Source of the DNA: Candidatus Omnitrophota bacterium
Lineage (GTDB): Bacteria > Omnitrophota > Gorgyraeia > JABMRG01 > JAFGKX01
Assembly: GCA_043797125.1 (NCBI GenBank)
Contig: JAZDPX010000049.1
Coordinates: 1 to 61,421, forward strand
Length of the DNA: 61,421 nucleotides
Reading direction: 5' to 3'
Shown: positions 18,965 through 28,890 of the stretch, in pieces
Layout: every line of letters starts with the position of its first letter
How positions within the stretch are numbered: position 1 is the first letter of the stretch
Position numbers and translations under genes: made by a program
The notes under the pieces: model-generated
The model's input: only the letters and a program-made list of their open reading frames with translations
Database searches by the model: none
What the model was told of the DNA's origin: nothing

Positions 18965-19001
18965 CCCACGCACCAGTCCCGCTTTGCGGGACGGTGCGGG
19001 G
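18965..19001. repeat. CCCGCACC-family palindrome in a 5' UTR
   Basis: CCCACGCACC-AGTCCCGCTTTGCGGGAC-GGTGCGGGG. Confidence 0.65.
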
Positions 19002-19031
19002 CTTCGCTTTAATATCAGCGGGAGGCTGTCT

Positions 19032-19712
19032 ATGCACAAGAAGATACTGCTGGAAGAGCAGGATATAGATTTTACATCAGAAGATCCTTGGCGCGTTTTT
19101 AGGATAATGAGTGAATTTGTCGAAGGGTTTGAGGAATTGGCCCATGTCGGCAACGCTGTTGCTGTTTTTGGGTCATCCAGGACAAAGCCAGCGCGCAAGT
19201 ATTACAAGCTTACCGAGAAGATAGCTTACAATATAGCAAAGGCAGGTTATGCAGTAATAACAGGCGCTGGCCCGGGCATAATGGAAGCTGCTAATAAAGG
19301 GGCAAAAAAGGCAAGCGGCCAATCCATAGGGCTAAATATAGAAGTCCCTTTTGTCCAGAGGCCCAACCGTTACGTTACGCGCCTTTTGAGCTTTCGATAT
19401 TTTTTCTGCCGTAAAGTGATGTTCGCAAAATATGCCAAGGCCTTTATAGTAATGCCCGGAGGCTTCGGCACGATGGATGAATTTTTTGAAGCTGCTACCC
19501 TTATTCAAACAGGTAAGATCACGCCTTTTCCGGTTATTTTAGTTGGCAAAGAGTTTTGGAGCGGCCTTATTGATTGGATGACTAAAAAGATGTATCGGGA
19601 AGGCAGGGTCAGCAAAGAAGATTTAAAAATCTTTCAAGTAATCGATAGCCCTAAGGAAATAGTTGCCTGTATAGATAATTTTTATAAAAAGACAACAAAG
19701 AAAAAAGGTTAA
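19032..19712 (+). CDS. LOG family (TIGR00730-like) nucleotide phosphoribohydrolase
   Basis: VFGSSR, TGAGPGIMEA, PGGFGTMDE. ATG 19032 follows GGAGG. Confidence 0.9.
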   Translation: MHKKILLEEQDIDFTSEDPWRVFRIMSEFVEGFEELAHVGNAVAVFGSSRTKPARKYYKLTEKIAYNIAKAGYAVITGAGPGIMEAANKGAKKASGQSIGLNIEVPFVQRPNRYVTRLLSFRYFFCRKVMFAKYAKAFIVMPGGFGTMDEFFEAATLIQTGKITPFPVILVGKEFWSGLIDWMTKKMYREGRVSKEDLKIFQVIDSPKEIVACIDNFYKKTTKKKG

Positions 19713-19726
19713 ACACCCATTCTTTA

Positions 19727-20395
19727 ATGCCAGGAGAGCCCTACGTAAAACGCAGATTATGCAATATATATAACATATTGTTTAAAATCTACGGGCCGAG
19801 AAATTGGTGGCCTGCAAATTCACCATTCGAGGTAATAGTCGGCGCGATATTAACCCAGAACACCTCATGGCGCAACGTAGACAAGGCGATAAGAAATTTA
19901 AAGAAAAAAAGAAAACTTTCCCCAAGAGCCCTTCATAATATAGGAAAAACAGAGCTTGCTTCGCTTATCAGGCCAAGCGGTTATTACAATATAAAAGCAA
20001 AGCGCCTTAAAAGTTTTATAGATTTTTTGTTTAAGAAACACAAAGGCAGTTTAAAAAGCCTCTTTTCAGGCGCAGCAGGCAGCTTAAGAGCCAAACTCTT
20101 AAATATAAATGGCATTGGCCCGGAGACAGCAGATTCTATTATTCTATATGCCGCTAATAAACCCGTGTTCGTTGTCGATGCATACACAAAAAGGATATTG
20201 CAGAGGCAGGGTTTGATAAAAAAGAGCGCCTCTTATGAAAAGGTACAACAGCTGTTTGAGGGCAATCTTCCGAAAAGCAGTAGATTATTTAATGAATATC
20301 ATGCCTTAATTGTAGAGCATGCAAAGACAATCTGCAAAAAAAAGCCGTTATGCGCTTTGTGCGCGCTTCGCAAGGATTGCAAATATAAAGGATAG
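19727..20395 (+). CDS. HhH-GPD endonuclease III-related DNA glycosylase
   Basis: GAILTQNTSW, GIGPETAD, VDAY, C-terminal Fe-S cysteines. Confidence 0.88.
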   Translation: MPGEPYVKRRLCNIYNILFKIYGPRNWWPANSPFEVIVGAILTQNTSWRNVDKAIRNLKKKRKLSPRALHNIGKTELASLIRPSGYYNIKAKRLKSFIDFLFKKHKGSLKSLFSGAAGSLRAKLLNINGIGPETADSIILYAANKPVFVVDAYTKRILQRQGLIKKSASYEKVQQLFEGNLPKSSRLFNEYHALIVEHAKTICKKKPLCALCALRKDCKYKG

Positions 20396-20406
20396 GAAAG
20401 CCTAAA

Positions 20407-20826
20407 ATGGATATAATCACCAAAAACATTACATTAAAGACAAAAGGGAATTGTCATGTCATTGATATTACTCATGAGGTCAGCGAAATGCTTTCAGCTT
20501 CAGGCCTTAAGGATGGCAGTGTAACTGTTTTTGTAGTGGGCTCAACAGCCGCTTTAACCACAGTTGAATATGAGCCCGGCCTGCTTAAAGATTTAAATGA
20601 TTTTTTTGAGCGAATAGCCCCTTCAAGCATCTCATATGCCCACGACGCTACATGGGGCGATGCAAACGGATATTCGCATATAAGGGCCTCTGCCATAGGG
20701 GCTTCATTGGTAATTCCATTTGTAAAAGGCGAACTGGTTCTAGGCACATGGCAGCAGATAATTTTTATAGATTTTGATAACAGGCCGCGTTCGCGTAAAC
20801 TCATAGTTCAATTTATCGGGAAATAA
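20407..20826 (+). CDS. yjbQ: YjbQ/UPF0047 family protein
   Basis: GSTAALT.E, NGYSHIRA, LGTWQQI..DFD. Confidence 0.88.
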   Translation: MDIITKNITLKTKGNCHVIDITHEVSEMLSASGLKDGSVTVFVVGSTAALTTVEYEPGLLKDLNDFFERIAPSSISYAHDATWGDANGYSHIRASAIGASLVIPFVKGELVLGTWQQIIFIDFDNRPRSRKLIVQFIGK

Positions 20827-20829
20827 TGT

Positions 20830-23800
20830 ATGGATAATTTTGCAGGGTATTATAAAAAGCTAAATGAGAAACAAAAGCAGGCGGTAGATACTGTTGATGG
20901 CCCTGTGTTAGTGCTCGCAGGCCCAGGCACTGGAAAGACCGAGCTTTTGTCCGTAAGGGCGGCGAATATTATCGATAAAAAGAAAGCTCTTCCTGAAAAC
21001 ATTCTTATACTTACCTATACTAACGCCGCTGCAAAAGCCATGAAAGAGCGTTTAGGTAAAATCTTAGGGCCCAAGGGATACGAGATTGAGGCTTGCACTT
21101 TTCATAGTTTTGCTAATTCCGTGATACTTGAATCAGAAGAGGCTGCAAATTACATACAGGAAAAGATAGAGATAACGGATATAGAACGCATAAGGGCATT
21201 TGAATATATCCTGGACAATACCGAGGGAATAGACGCAATAAGGCCATTCAGGGCGCCGTATACATACAGAAGCGAAATAGAAAAAAGGATAAGCGAATTA
21301 AAAAAGGAAGGCATAACCCCGGAGGAATTTCAAGTATTTGCGGATAATGCAAAAAAGGACGATGTGTATATCGAGGATAAACACATACCAAGGTTAAGGG
21401 CATTTGCTAAAGTGTACAAGTTATACGAGGCATATAAAAAGGGCGAGAACGAAGACCTGTTTGATGAAAGGGGCAGGTATGATTTTGATGATATGATAAT
21501 GGTCGCGCTTGAGGCGCTTAAAAAAGAAACCCAGCTCAAAAAACAGATTATGCGCCAATACACATATATAATGGTCGATGAATATCAGGATACAAACGGC
21601 GCGCAGCTGGAGCTTCTTTTTAACATCCTTCCTTCAAAAGGCGCAAATATATGCTGTGTCGGAGACGACGACCAGTCAATTTATAGATTCCAAGGCGCAA
21701 GCGTGGGAAATTTTAAGGTTTTTAAAAAACGTTTTCCTGATGCAAAACAAATTTCCCTGGAGGATAATTATCGCTCAAGCACCGAGATAATAGATATAGC
21801 TTCTAAAGCAATAAGCCAGCTGCCGCCAAGCGAAAGAGTCAATGTAAAAACCCTTCAGAATAAATGCGATTACAAAAATAAAATTACGAACTTCTTTCAA
21901 TTCAGCACGCAGACAGAGGAGCTTTTATACATAGCAGACAAGATACTGGAATTCAAAAAGGACACCCCTTACAGCGAGATGGCTGTGCTGGTAAGAAAAA
22001 GAGACGATATACTTAAGGTGATAGACCTGTTTCAGAAAAAAGGCATACCTTACGCTACAGACGGGAAAGAAGATATAGCCAATGAAACGCGAGTCAGGCA
22101 GATGCTGGACGTGCTTTATCTTGCCAATTGCAGGGATGCGACAGATGCCGCTGAAAAAGATTTAATTCTATACCGAGTATTATCAAGCGACTATTTTAAT
22201 ATACCGGTTGTTGATATTTTGCAAATCATCAATATCGCAAAACAGAAAAAGCAGGAGCACAAAAAACCTACCACTTTTCTTTCAGAATTTTTTAATGCCT
22301 TTCCAGCGGGAGGCGCGCATGATGACGAGCCGCCAAGTTCTGACTTTAAGTCGCCAAAGAGGCTACAGGCAGCAAGCTGGGCCATAAACAGGCTTTTGAA
22401 TAATTCGCAGGATATGCCTGTGCACGCGGTAATAATGAATTACATCAAGGACGTGGATTTATACGGATTTATACTTCGTGAGTTTGTGGATAACCATGTC
22501 TTAAGAATAAGAAGCTTAAGGGCGTTGTCTTCATTTGTAAACATGGTAAAGGCATCAGACATGGTCAGGCCCGGCATCAGGCTCTCGGAGTTTTTGGAAG
22601 AGATAGATATGCGCAAAGAACACGGCATGCCATTGCAGGGCAATCTGGTTACACAAACACAGGAAGGCGTAAGAATTTTTACCGCGCATGGCTCCAAAGG
22701 TTTGGAGTTTAACACTGTTTTTATACCTTTCTGCCTGCAGGACAAAAATTGGCCGATAAAGCCAAGGCCTGAGCTTATACCGTTGCCTTCGGATGTTTTT
22801 AAGACAAAAGAAAGGGTAAAGGATAAATCGGAAATTAAAAAACTTGCACTTTTCGATGAAATAAGGCTTTTTTACGTTGCCTCGACGCGCGCGAGATCGC
22901 AATTGATTTATACCGCAAGCCCGACCGAAAACAGCGTTACAAGCCTTTATATCGAAAAACTTGGGTTTAAGCTCGCTGATTATGATGCGAAGGAGGAAAA
23001 GACCTTAGAGCTTTCTCTTTCATTAACAGATGAAAAGGACCCATTTATCAAAACAGAAAGCGTGTTAAAAGATTCTATTTTCGGGCTTTCTTTAAATCCC
23101 ACAAGTGTTAATAATTACCTTTCATGCAAAAGGAAATTTTTATACAACAACATACTGCAGATTCCTTCAACGAAAAAACGGGCGCTAATTTTTGGAACCT
23201 GCGTGCATAAAGGCCTGGAGGACACATACAGAGAATTCAAAAAGACAAAAAGATTCCCTAAATTTTCATTTTTTAAGGATTCGTTTAAAGCTGAACTTGA
23301 TTTTCAGGGCGTGGAAAAATCAATATATTCTCAATGCATACGCGAAGTGGATAATTTAAAATATTGGTTTGAAATTGAATCAAAAGCCCCGGTAGAGCCC
23401 CTGGGTTTGGAAGAGAGGCTGTCAATAAGTATCGGTGATATAATTTTCACGGGTTATTACGATAAGACCGAATTGATAGATGCGAAAAATAAGACCATAA
23501 GGGTCGTAGATTACAAGACTGGCAAGCCCGATAAACATGTAAAGGCTATAGAGAAATATGATGATTTAGCAAGCGATGAGTGCGATGACTATCTAAGGCA
23601 GTTAGTTGCGTATAAACTGCTTTTTGACAGGTCTGTAAAAAGCAACAAAGGGTATAGGGTTGAGTCAGGAAGGCTTATTTTTATTGATAGTTCGGAAAAA
23701 GGTGATTTCAAAAATGTTGAAATAAAAATTTTAGACTCCATGGTAATCGAACTTGAAGGCATAATCAAATCCTGCTGGAAGAAAATTAACAACCTGGAGT

Positions 23801-23892
23801 TTGAGAAGCTGCCTGGAGCTGACCCGGAAAAATGCGGCACGCAGAAAAACCCGAGATGCGATTATTATGATATCTGCTGGAAGCATACATAA
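20830..23892 (+). CDS. UvrD/PcrA-like SF1 helicase fused to a PD-(D/E)XK nuclease with Fe-S cysteines
   Basis: AGPGTGKT, VDEYQD, GDDDQSIYRFQGA, TAHGSKGLEF, YVASTRAR. C-terminal DYKTG, QL..Y and Cys cluster. Confidence 0.9.
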   Translation: MDNFAGYYKKLNEKQKQAVDTVDGPVLVLAGPGTGKTELLSVRAANIIDKKKALPENILILTYTNAAAKAMKERLGKILGPKGYEIEACTFHSFANSVILESEEAANYIQEKIEITDIERIRAFEYILDNTEGIDAIRPFRAPYTYRSEIEKRISELKKEGITPEEFQVFADNAKKDDVYIEDKHIPRLRAFAKVYKLYEAYKKGENEDLFDERGRYDFDDMIMVALEALKKETQLKKQIMRQYTYIMVDEYQDTNGAQLELLFNILPSKGANICCVGDDDQSIYRFQGASVGNFKVFKKRFPDAKQISLEDNYRSSTEIIDIASKAISQLPPSERVNVKTLQNKCDYKNKITNFFQFSTQTEELLYIADKILEFKKDTPYSEMAVLVRKRDDILKVIDLFQKKGIPYATDGKEDIANETRVRQMLDVLYLANCRDATDAAEKDLILYRVLSSDYFNIPVVDILQIINIAKQKKQEHKKPTTFLSEFFNAFPAGGAHDDEPPSSDFKSPKRLQAASWAINRLLNNSQDMPVHAVIMNYIKDVDLYGFILREFVDNHVLRIRSLRALSSFVNMVKASDMVRPGIRLSEFLEEIDMRKEHGMPLQGNLVTQTQEGVRIFTAHGSKGLEFNTVFIPFCLQDKNWPIKPRPELIPLPSDVFKTKERVKDKSEIKKLALFDEIRLFYVASTRARSQLIYTASPTENSVTSLYIEKLGFKLADYDAKEEKTLELSLSLTDEKDPFIKTESVLKDSIFGLSLNPTSVNNYLSCKRKFLYNNILQIPSTKKRALIFGTCVHKGLEDTYREFKKTKRFPKFSFFKDSFKAELDFQGVEKSIYSQCIREVDNLKYWFEIESKAPVEPLGLEERLSISIGDIIFTGYYDKTELIDAKNKTIRVVDYKTGKPDKHVKAIEKYDDLASDECDDYLRQLVAYKLLFDRSVKSNKGYRVESGRLIFIDSSEKGDFKNVEIKILDSMVIELEGIIKSCWKKINNLEFEKLPGADPEKCGTQKNPRCDYYDICWKHT

Positions 23893-23939
23893 ATATTGCA
23901 AAGCGCCATGCCGTATGATAGCATTATTTTGAGGATATT

Positions 23940-24536
23940 ATGGCAACCGAGCCCAAATATACGCTGCTGACGAGTAAAAAGTATGGCGATATAAAGGTCA
24001 CAAAGTCACCAAGTCGCAAAGTCACACGTCAAAAAGTCACAAGAAAAAGAGCTGTGAAGATAATTAAGCGGATAGAAGGTATTATTCATACTATTATGCC
24101 AAAGCCCGCAAAGCGCACCCCGCACCATTCACTTCGTTCAGGTGCGGGGCAGGTAGCCCACAGCACAAGGCGCAAAGCCCATAGCTCAAAGCGTAAAAAA
24201 GTCACCAAGTCACAACGTCACCACGTCACACGAAAGCGCAATAAACCCAAAGAAAGGAGGCCTAAAATGGCAGAGACTAAACCCAAAGAGGTAGCCATAG
24301 GTGAGATAACCCATTTTTTTCCACATGTAAATGCCGCTGTGATAAAACTTAAACAGGCGCTTACAGAAGGCGAAACAGTGCATATAAAGGGGGGTACCAC
24401 AGATTTTACAGAGCAGGTTAGTTCCATGCAGATTGATAATAAGCCGATAAAAGAGGCAAAAAAGGGCGATGAAGTCGGACTCCTTGTTAAAGACAAGGTG
24501 CGTAAGGGCGACGTTGTGTATAAGGTTAAAGGATAA
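23940..24536 (+). CDS. Translation elongation factor-like beta-barrel protein; core starts at ATG 24267, optional basic N-terminal extension from 23940
   Basis: IGEITHFF..VNAAVIKL...SMQID...A..GDEVG. Both starts have an RBS (GAGGA; AAGGAGG). Confidence 0.7.
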   Translation: MATEPKYTLLTSKKYGDIKVTKSPSRKVTRQKVTRKRAVKIIKRIEGIIHTIMPKPAKRTPHHSLRSGAGQVAHSTRRKAHSSKRKKVTKSQRHHVTRKRNKPKERRPKMAETKPKEVAIGEITHFFPHVNAAVIKLKQALTEGETVHIKGGTTDFTEQVSSMQIDNKPIKEAKKGDEVGLLVKDKVRKGDVVYKVKG

Positions 24537-24538
24537 AG

Positions 24539-25435
24539 TTGGATAAAAAAAAATTTAAAGCGGGATTTGTTTCGATTGTAGGAAAACCCAATGTAGGAAA
24601 ATCTACAATACTTAACTGGTTTTTCGGCGAAAAATTGGCCATAGTTTCTTCAAAGCCTGAAACCACAAGAGACACTATTCGCGGCATACTAACCACAAAA
24701 GACGCGCAGATAGTTTTTATTGATACCCCGGGCATTCACAAGGCGCACTTACGGTTAGGCAAGGAGATGGTTAAAAAGGCAAGGTCATCTCTTAGCGGGG
24801 TAGATATTGTTTTAGCAGTAGTTGACGCGGCCAGGGGCATAACAGAGGATGATAACAGGCTTCTTGACCTGGTAGAAGATTTAAAAGTTCCGGCAATAGC
24901 CCTGCTTAACAAGGCTGACGCCATGAAAAGGTCAAGGCTGCTGCCAATGATTGAGGAATTCGCGGCCAAATATTCATTCAAGGATATTATACCGATATCC
25001 GCGTTAAAGGGCGACAATATGGAAGTTTTAAAAAATAAGATTTTGGAATACCTGCCCGAGGCAGACATGTATTATCCTAAAGAACAGATTACTGATAAGG
25101 ATGAAAAATTTCGCATTTCCGAAATAATAAGAGAAAAGGTGCTTGAACTGACTCATTATGAGGTGCCTCATTCTATAGCGGTTTTATTGGATGAGATATC
25201 TCCGGGCAGGGACAAAGATATTATATGCGTTAAGGCAAATATATTTGTTGAGAGAGATTCTCAAAAGGCCATTGTCATAGGCAGTGGCGGCAAAATGATA
25301 AAAGAAGTAGGCATTCAGGCCCGGGGAGATATCGAGAAATTACTAGGAAAGAAGGTATTTCTCGAGTTGTGGGTTAAGGTTTTAAAGAATTGGAGGAGCG
25401 ACCCGCGGGCCATGAAGATGTTAGGATTGGAGTGA
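24539..25435 (+). CDS. era: GTPase Era
   Basis: GKPNVGKST, TTR, DTPG, NKAD, KH domain with VIG..G..IK. Confidence 0.95.
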   Translation: MDKKKFKAGFVSIVGKPNVGKSTILNWFFGEKLAIVSSKPETTRDTIRGILTTKDAQIVFIDTPGIHKAHLRLGKEMVKKARSSLSGVDIVLAVVDAARGITEDDNRLLDLVEDLKVPAIALLNKADAMKRSRLLPMIEEFAAKYSFKDIIPISALKGDNMEVLKNKILEYLPEADMYYPKEQITDKDEKFRISEIIREKVLELTHYEVPHSIAVLLDEISPGRDKDIICVKANIFVERDSQKAIVIGSGGKMIKEVGIQARGDIEKLLGKKVFLELWVKVLKNWRSDPRAMKMLGLE

Positions 25436-25437
25436 GA

Positions 25438-25917
25438 ATGAAACAGGTTAAAGTATACTCTGTAATATTAATGCCTCAATTAGGCCAGTACCTTGTTACC
25501 TTGGAGGAGGAGCAGGGCATAAGGCTTATACCGATATGGGTCGGGCCTGCGGAAGGAATGGCTATCGGCGCTAAGCTAAACAAACAAAGTTTTCCAAGGC
25601 CTATAACTCACGACCTGCTCACAGATATATTTGCCAAGTTAAAGGTAAAGCTCGAAAAGGTCACGGTAACTGATTTAAAGGACAGCACTTTCTACGCCAC
25701 CATCACCATCGCATCGGGCAAAAAGACTTACGAGGTAGATTCCCGCCCTAGCGATGCCATTGCGCTTGCCATAAGGAATGGCAGCCCTATTTTTGTCGAG
25801 GATATCGTCTTTGATAAATGCCCGGTTATACAAAAGCCTATTACCGCAGATGAGATAAAGGATTTTAAGAAGGACCTTGAAAACTTGAAGCCCGAAGATT
25901 TTTTTAAGGAAACATAG
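25438..25917 (+). CDS. Bifunctional nuclease family (DUF151)
   Basis: IPIWVG..E, RPITHDL, DSRPSDAIALA. Confidence 0.9.
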   Translation: MKQVKVYSVILMPQLGQYLVTLEEEQGIRLIPIWVGPAEGMAIGAKLNKQSFPRPITHDLLTDIFAKLKVKLEKVTVTDLKDSTFYATITIASGKKTYEVDSRPSDAIALAIRNGSPIFVEDIVFDKCPVIQKPITADEIKDFKKDLENLKPEDFFKET

Positions 25918-25918
25918 C

Positions 25919-27022
25919 ATGCAAGACAGCAACAACGCAAAAAGATACGCCAAGGTAAGGCATAATCTCGCTATTTTTGAAACAGCGTTTACAATTTTAT
26001 TTTTATTGGCAATTCAGTTTAGCGGCATCTCGCTTTGTCTTAAAACATTAGCCTTACATTTAAGCTCAAGAGAGTTTATATTAATAGCCGTGTACCTGAT
26101 TAGCCTCGGGATTGTTTTTAATGCACTGACTTTTTGGATGGATTTTTTCGGCGGCTTCTGGCTGGAGCGCAGATTCGGGTTGTTGCGCCAGAACCTGGCA
26201 TCATGGCTTAAGGACCATATCAAGAGGCTTTTGATTGGCGGGGTGTTTTGCTTTATAGTGATTGAGGCCCTATATTATTTATTAAGAAAATTCCCGTTTA
26301 CCTGGTGGTTGTGGGGTGGCTTTTTCTGGTTTGTCTTTAGCCTGCTTCTGGCAAAAATATTTCCTGTGCTCATCGTGCCGTTATTCTATAAACTGGAAAA
26401 ACTTCAGGACGAAAATTTAAAAGCTGATTTACTGTGCCTTGCAGATAACGCTCGCATAAAAATATTGGAAATATATAAAATAGGCCTTGGCGCAAAAACG
26501 AAAAAGGCAAACGCCGCATTAACTGGCTTTGGCTCGTCCAAGCGCATATTACTGTCTGATACGCTGCTGAATAATTATTCCAAAGAAGAGATAGAGGCTG
26601 TGTTAGCGCACGAGATGGCGCATCATAAATACCGCCATATATGGAAGCTGATACTGTTGAATTTAGCGTCAACCGTCGCTGCTTTTTTGCTTATATATAT
26701 TATACATCTATATATAATAAAATACGCATTAGGTTTAGATATTCATGATATAAGCGGCTTCCCTGTTCTTGCAGCTCTATTTATTTGCTTTTCATTTTTT
26801 ACAACGCCTTTACTAAACGCTGTCAGCAGGCATTTTGAATCCCAGGCTGATACGGAGGCGATACGATTAACAGCTAACCCGCAGGCCTTTATTTCTCTTA
26901 TGGAAAAACTCACCCAGCAGAATCTTTCGGATCCTGCGCCATCAAGGCTGGTTGAAATATTCTTTTACGACCACCCGCCAGCCTCAAAGAGGATCAAGGC
27001 GGCTAGAGGAAAAATCGTTTAA
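25919..27022 (+). CDS. M48 (Ste24-like) membrane metalloprotease
   Basis: Multiple TM helices, ANAALTG, AHEMAH, E..AD, HPP...RI. Confidence 0.9.
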   Translation: MQDSNNAKRYAKVRHNLAIFETAFTILFLLAIQFSGISLCLKTLALHLSSREFILIAVYLISLGIVFNALTFWMDFFGGFWLERRFGLLRQNLASWLKDHIKRLLIGGVFCFIVIEALYYLLRKFPFTWWLWGGFFWFVFSLLLAKIFPVLIVPLFYKLEKLQDENLKADLLCLADNARIKILEIYKIGLGAKTKKANAALTGFGSSKRILLSDTLLNNYSKEEIEAVLAHEMAHHKYRHIWKLILLNLASTVAAFLLIYIIHLYIIKYALGLDIHDISGFPVLAALFICFSFFTTPLLNAVSRHFESQADTEAIRLTANPQAFISLMEKLTQQNLSDPAPSRLVEIFFYDHPPASKRIKAARGKIV

Positions 27023-27115
27023 AAAATAAATTTATACTTGCGTAGTTGGTAATTTTATGTTATATTCCATAGTAGGCATAATATACATGCAAGTTGATAA
27101 AAAGGAGGTGAAAAA

Positions 27116-27439
27116 GTGAAAAGAGTAGTTTTGATTACGCTAATTACAGCTATTATAGTCGGTGGGTTAACGCTTTCCGCAACAGCGGAACATAAGCTGG
27201 ATCGTGGTCCTAAAAACATTGCTTTAGGTTGGACAGAAGTGCCCAATTCTATAGTTAATGTTACAAAAGAAACAGACAACCCGCTTTTAGGCATAACCGT
27301 AGGTTTGCTTAAAGGGGTTCTGAATGCTTTTGCAAGAACAGCTTCCGGCGTATGGGATACCGCTACATTCCCTGTTAACTCGCAAGGGGAAAAGCCTGCG
27401 ATAAAACCTGGCATGGTTGAAGCGGCTGAAGGAAAGTAA
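27116..27439 (+). CDS. TIGR04073-like exported protein
   Basis: GTG start after AGGAGG. KL.RG..N.ALGW.E.P...RT.SGVWD.ATFP. Confidence 0.75.
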   Translation: MKRVVLITLITAIIVGGLTLSATAEHKLDRGPKNIALGWTEVPNSIVNVTKETDNPLLGITVGLLKGVLNAFARTASGVWDTATFPVNSQGEKPAIKPGMVEAAEGK

Positions 27440-27494
27440 TATAGAGCAGAGATGTTTACTGCTTAATAACAAATATTTAGGTTCTTGATGAGAG

Positions 27495-27531
27495 ACAGGG
27501 CTATCGGGATGATAGCCCTGTTTTATTTTTT
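27495..27531 (+). terminator. Intrinsic terminator
   Basis: ACAGGGCTATC-GGGAT-GATAGCCCTGT followed by a T-run. Confidence 0.75.
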
Positions 27532-27547
27532 ATAAGGAGAATATAAG

Positions 27548-28270
27548 ATGAGCCTGTTTGTATTTTTAATTATTATAATTGTGTCTTTTATAGCTGTGAA
27601 GGTCGGTGCCGTGGCATTTGAATTGACAGGCCTTAGCCCTCAACAGGCCGGATTCCAATCTCTATCCGCATTTACAGGAACCGGTTTTACCACTAGGGAG
27701 TCAGAGCTGATAGCCGTTCATGAGCAGCGCAGGAAAATTGCATCCGTTTTGATGATATCCGGAAATGTTGGCCTGGTGACGCTTATTGCCACGCTGGTTA
27801 ATACAATTGGCGAGAGCGGGTCATCCTCAACTCTTTTAGTGCCTTATTTCAAGGATTACACGAGCGCTCATCTTATACCTTATATAAATTTAGGGCTGGT
27901 TTTGCTTATTATTCTGGCAGCATATCAGTTTCTTAAGTATACCAGGATAAGCGATTTTATTATGAAAAAAGTAAAACAGAATATGATAAAAAAAAGGCTC
28001 ATAAGCAACGTATCTTTTGAGGAATTCCTGCTTACATCCGGAGGTTATGTAATATCGCAGATAGAAATCTGCAAAAGTAACCCATTGCTCGGCAGGGCAT
28101 TATCGGAATCAGAGCTGAAAAAAGAGGATATACTGGTTTTGTCTATTGAAAGGGAAGGCCAATATATTCCAAATCCCCAGGCAAGCGCGGTGATAAATTT
28201 GGGCGACAGGCTGATTTGCTTTGGCAGGCTTGAAAATATCAAAAAGGCTGCCTGCGCGCCTGATGAGTAA
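27548..28270 (+). CDS. Membrane protein with K+-channel-like pore motif and TrkA-C (RCK-C) domain
   Basis: FQSLSAFTGTGFTTRESE and a C-terminal RCK-C domain. Confidence 0.82.
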   Translation: MSLFVFLIIIIVSFIAVKVGAVAFELTGLSPQQAGFQSLSAFTGTGFTTRESELIAVHEQRRKIASVLMISGNVGLVTLIATLVNTIGESGSSSTLLVPYFKDYTSAHLIPYINLGLVLLIILAAYQFLKYTRISDFIMKKVKQNMIKKRLISNVSFEEFLLTSGGYVISQIEICKSNPLLGRALSESELKKEDILVLSIEREGQYIPNPQASAVINLGDRLICFGRLENIKKAACAPDE

Positions 28271-28290
28271 ATAAAAGGAGGCCGATAGCA

Positions 28291-28890
28291 GTGCGTAAAT
28301 TTTATATAATTATATTGAGCTTAATAATGTTGACAGAGTGCCTGCAAACCGCTTATTGCACAGAAAAGCCTTTAGAGAAGACGCCCTTTAATGTTTATGT
28401 CGATAAAAACTCAAAACTTAACCACTTTATTCCATCGGGGTGGATGGGTGATTATGGCGCAGTAAAACTTGATACAGGATACCCGGAAAACGCTCACAGC
28501 GGCTTAACCTGCATTAAAATTGTTTATAACGCAGAGCTGCCGCAAGGCGCCGGATGGGTAGGTGTTTATTGGCAGAATCCGGAGAATAACTGGGGTTCAA
28601 AAGACGGGGGTTTTAATCTTTCAGCTGCTACAAAATTGACTTTCTGGGCCAAAGGAGAAAAAGGCGATGAAAAACTGGAGTTTAAAGCAGGGGGCGTAAC
28701 CGGCGCTTATCCGGATACTGACATTGCCAGCATAGGCCCGGTTCCATTAACGAAAGAATGGAAGAAGTACGAAATAGACCTTAAAGGTCTGGACTTTTCC
28801 TATATAAGCGGTGGTTTTGTGTGGGCAGCAAGCAGAATGGATAACCCCTATGGGTTTGTAATATATATAGACGATATAGTGTATGAGTGA
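28291..28890 (+). CDS. Exported carbohydrate-binding-module-like protein
   Basis: Signal peptide. PSGWMGD..GWVGVYWQ.P.NNWG..LTFWAKGE.G.E..WKKYEIDL..YIDDI.YE. Confidence 0.65.
   Translation: MRKFYIIILSLIMLTECLQTAYCTEKPLEKTPFNVYVDKNSKLNHFIPSGWMGDYGAVKLDTGYPENAHSGLTCIKIVYNAELPQGAGWVGVYWQNPENNWGSKDGGFNLSAATKLTFWAKGEKGDEKLEFKAGGVTGAYPDTDIASIGPVPLTKEWKKYEIDLKGLDFSYISGGFVWAASRMDNPYGFVIYIDDIVYE

Noticed and set aside
20830-23892. Helicase-nuclease fusion as a defence system
   Set aside because: It fits the known UvrD + PD-(D/E)XK repair architecture and sits in a housekeeping operon with a glycosylase and yjbQ.
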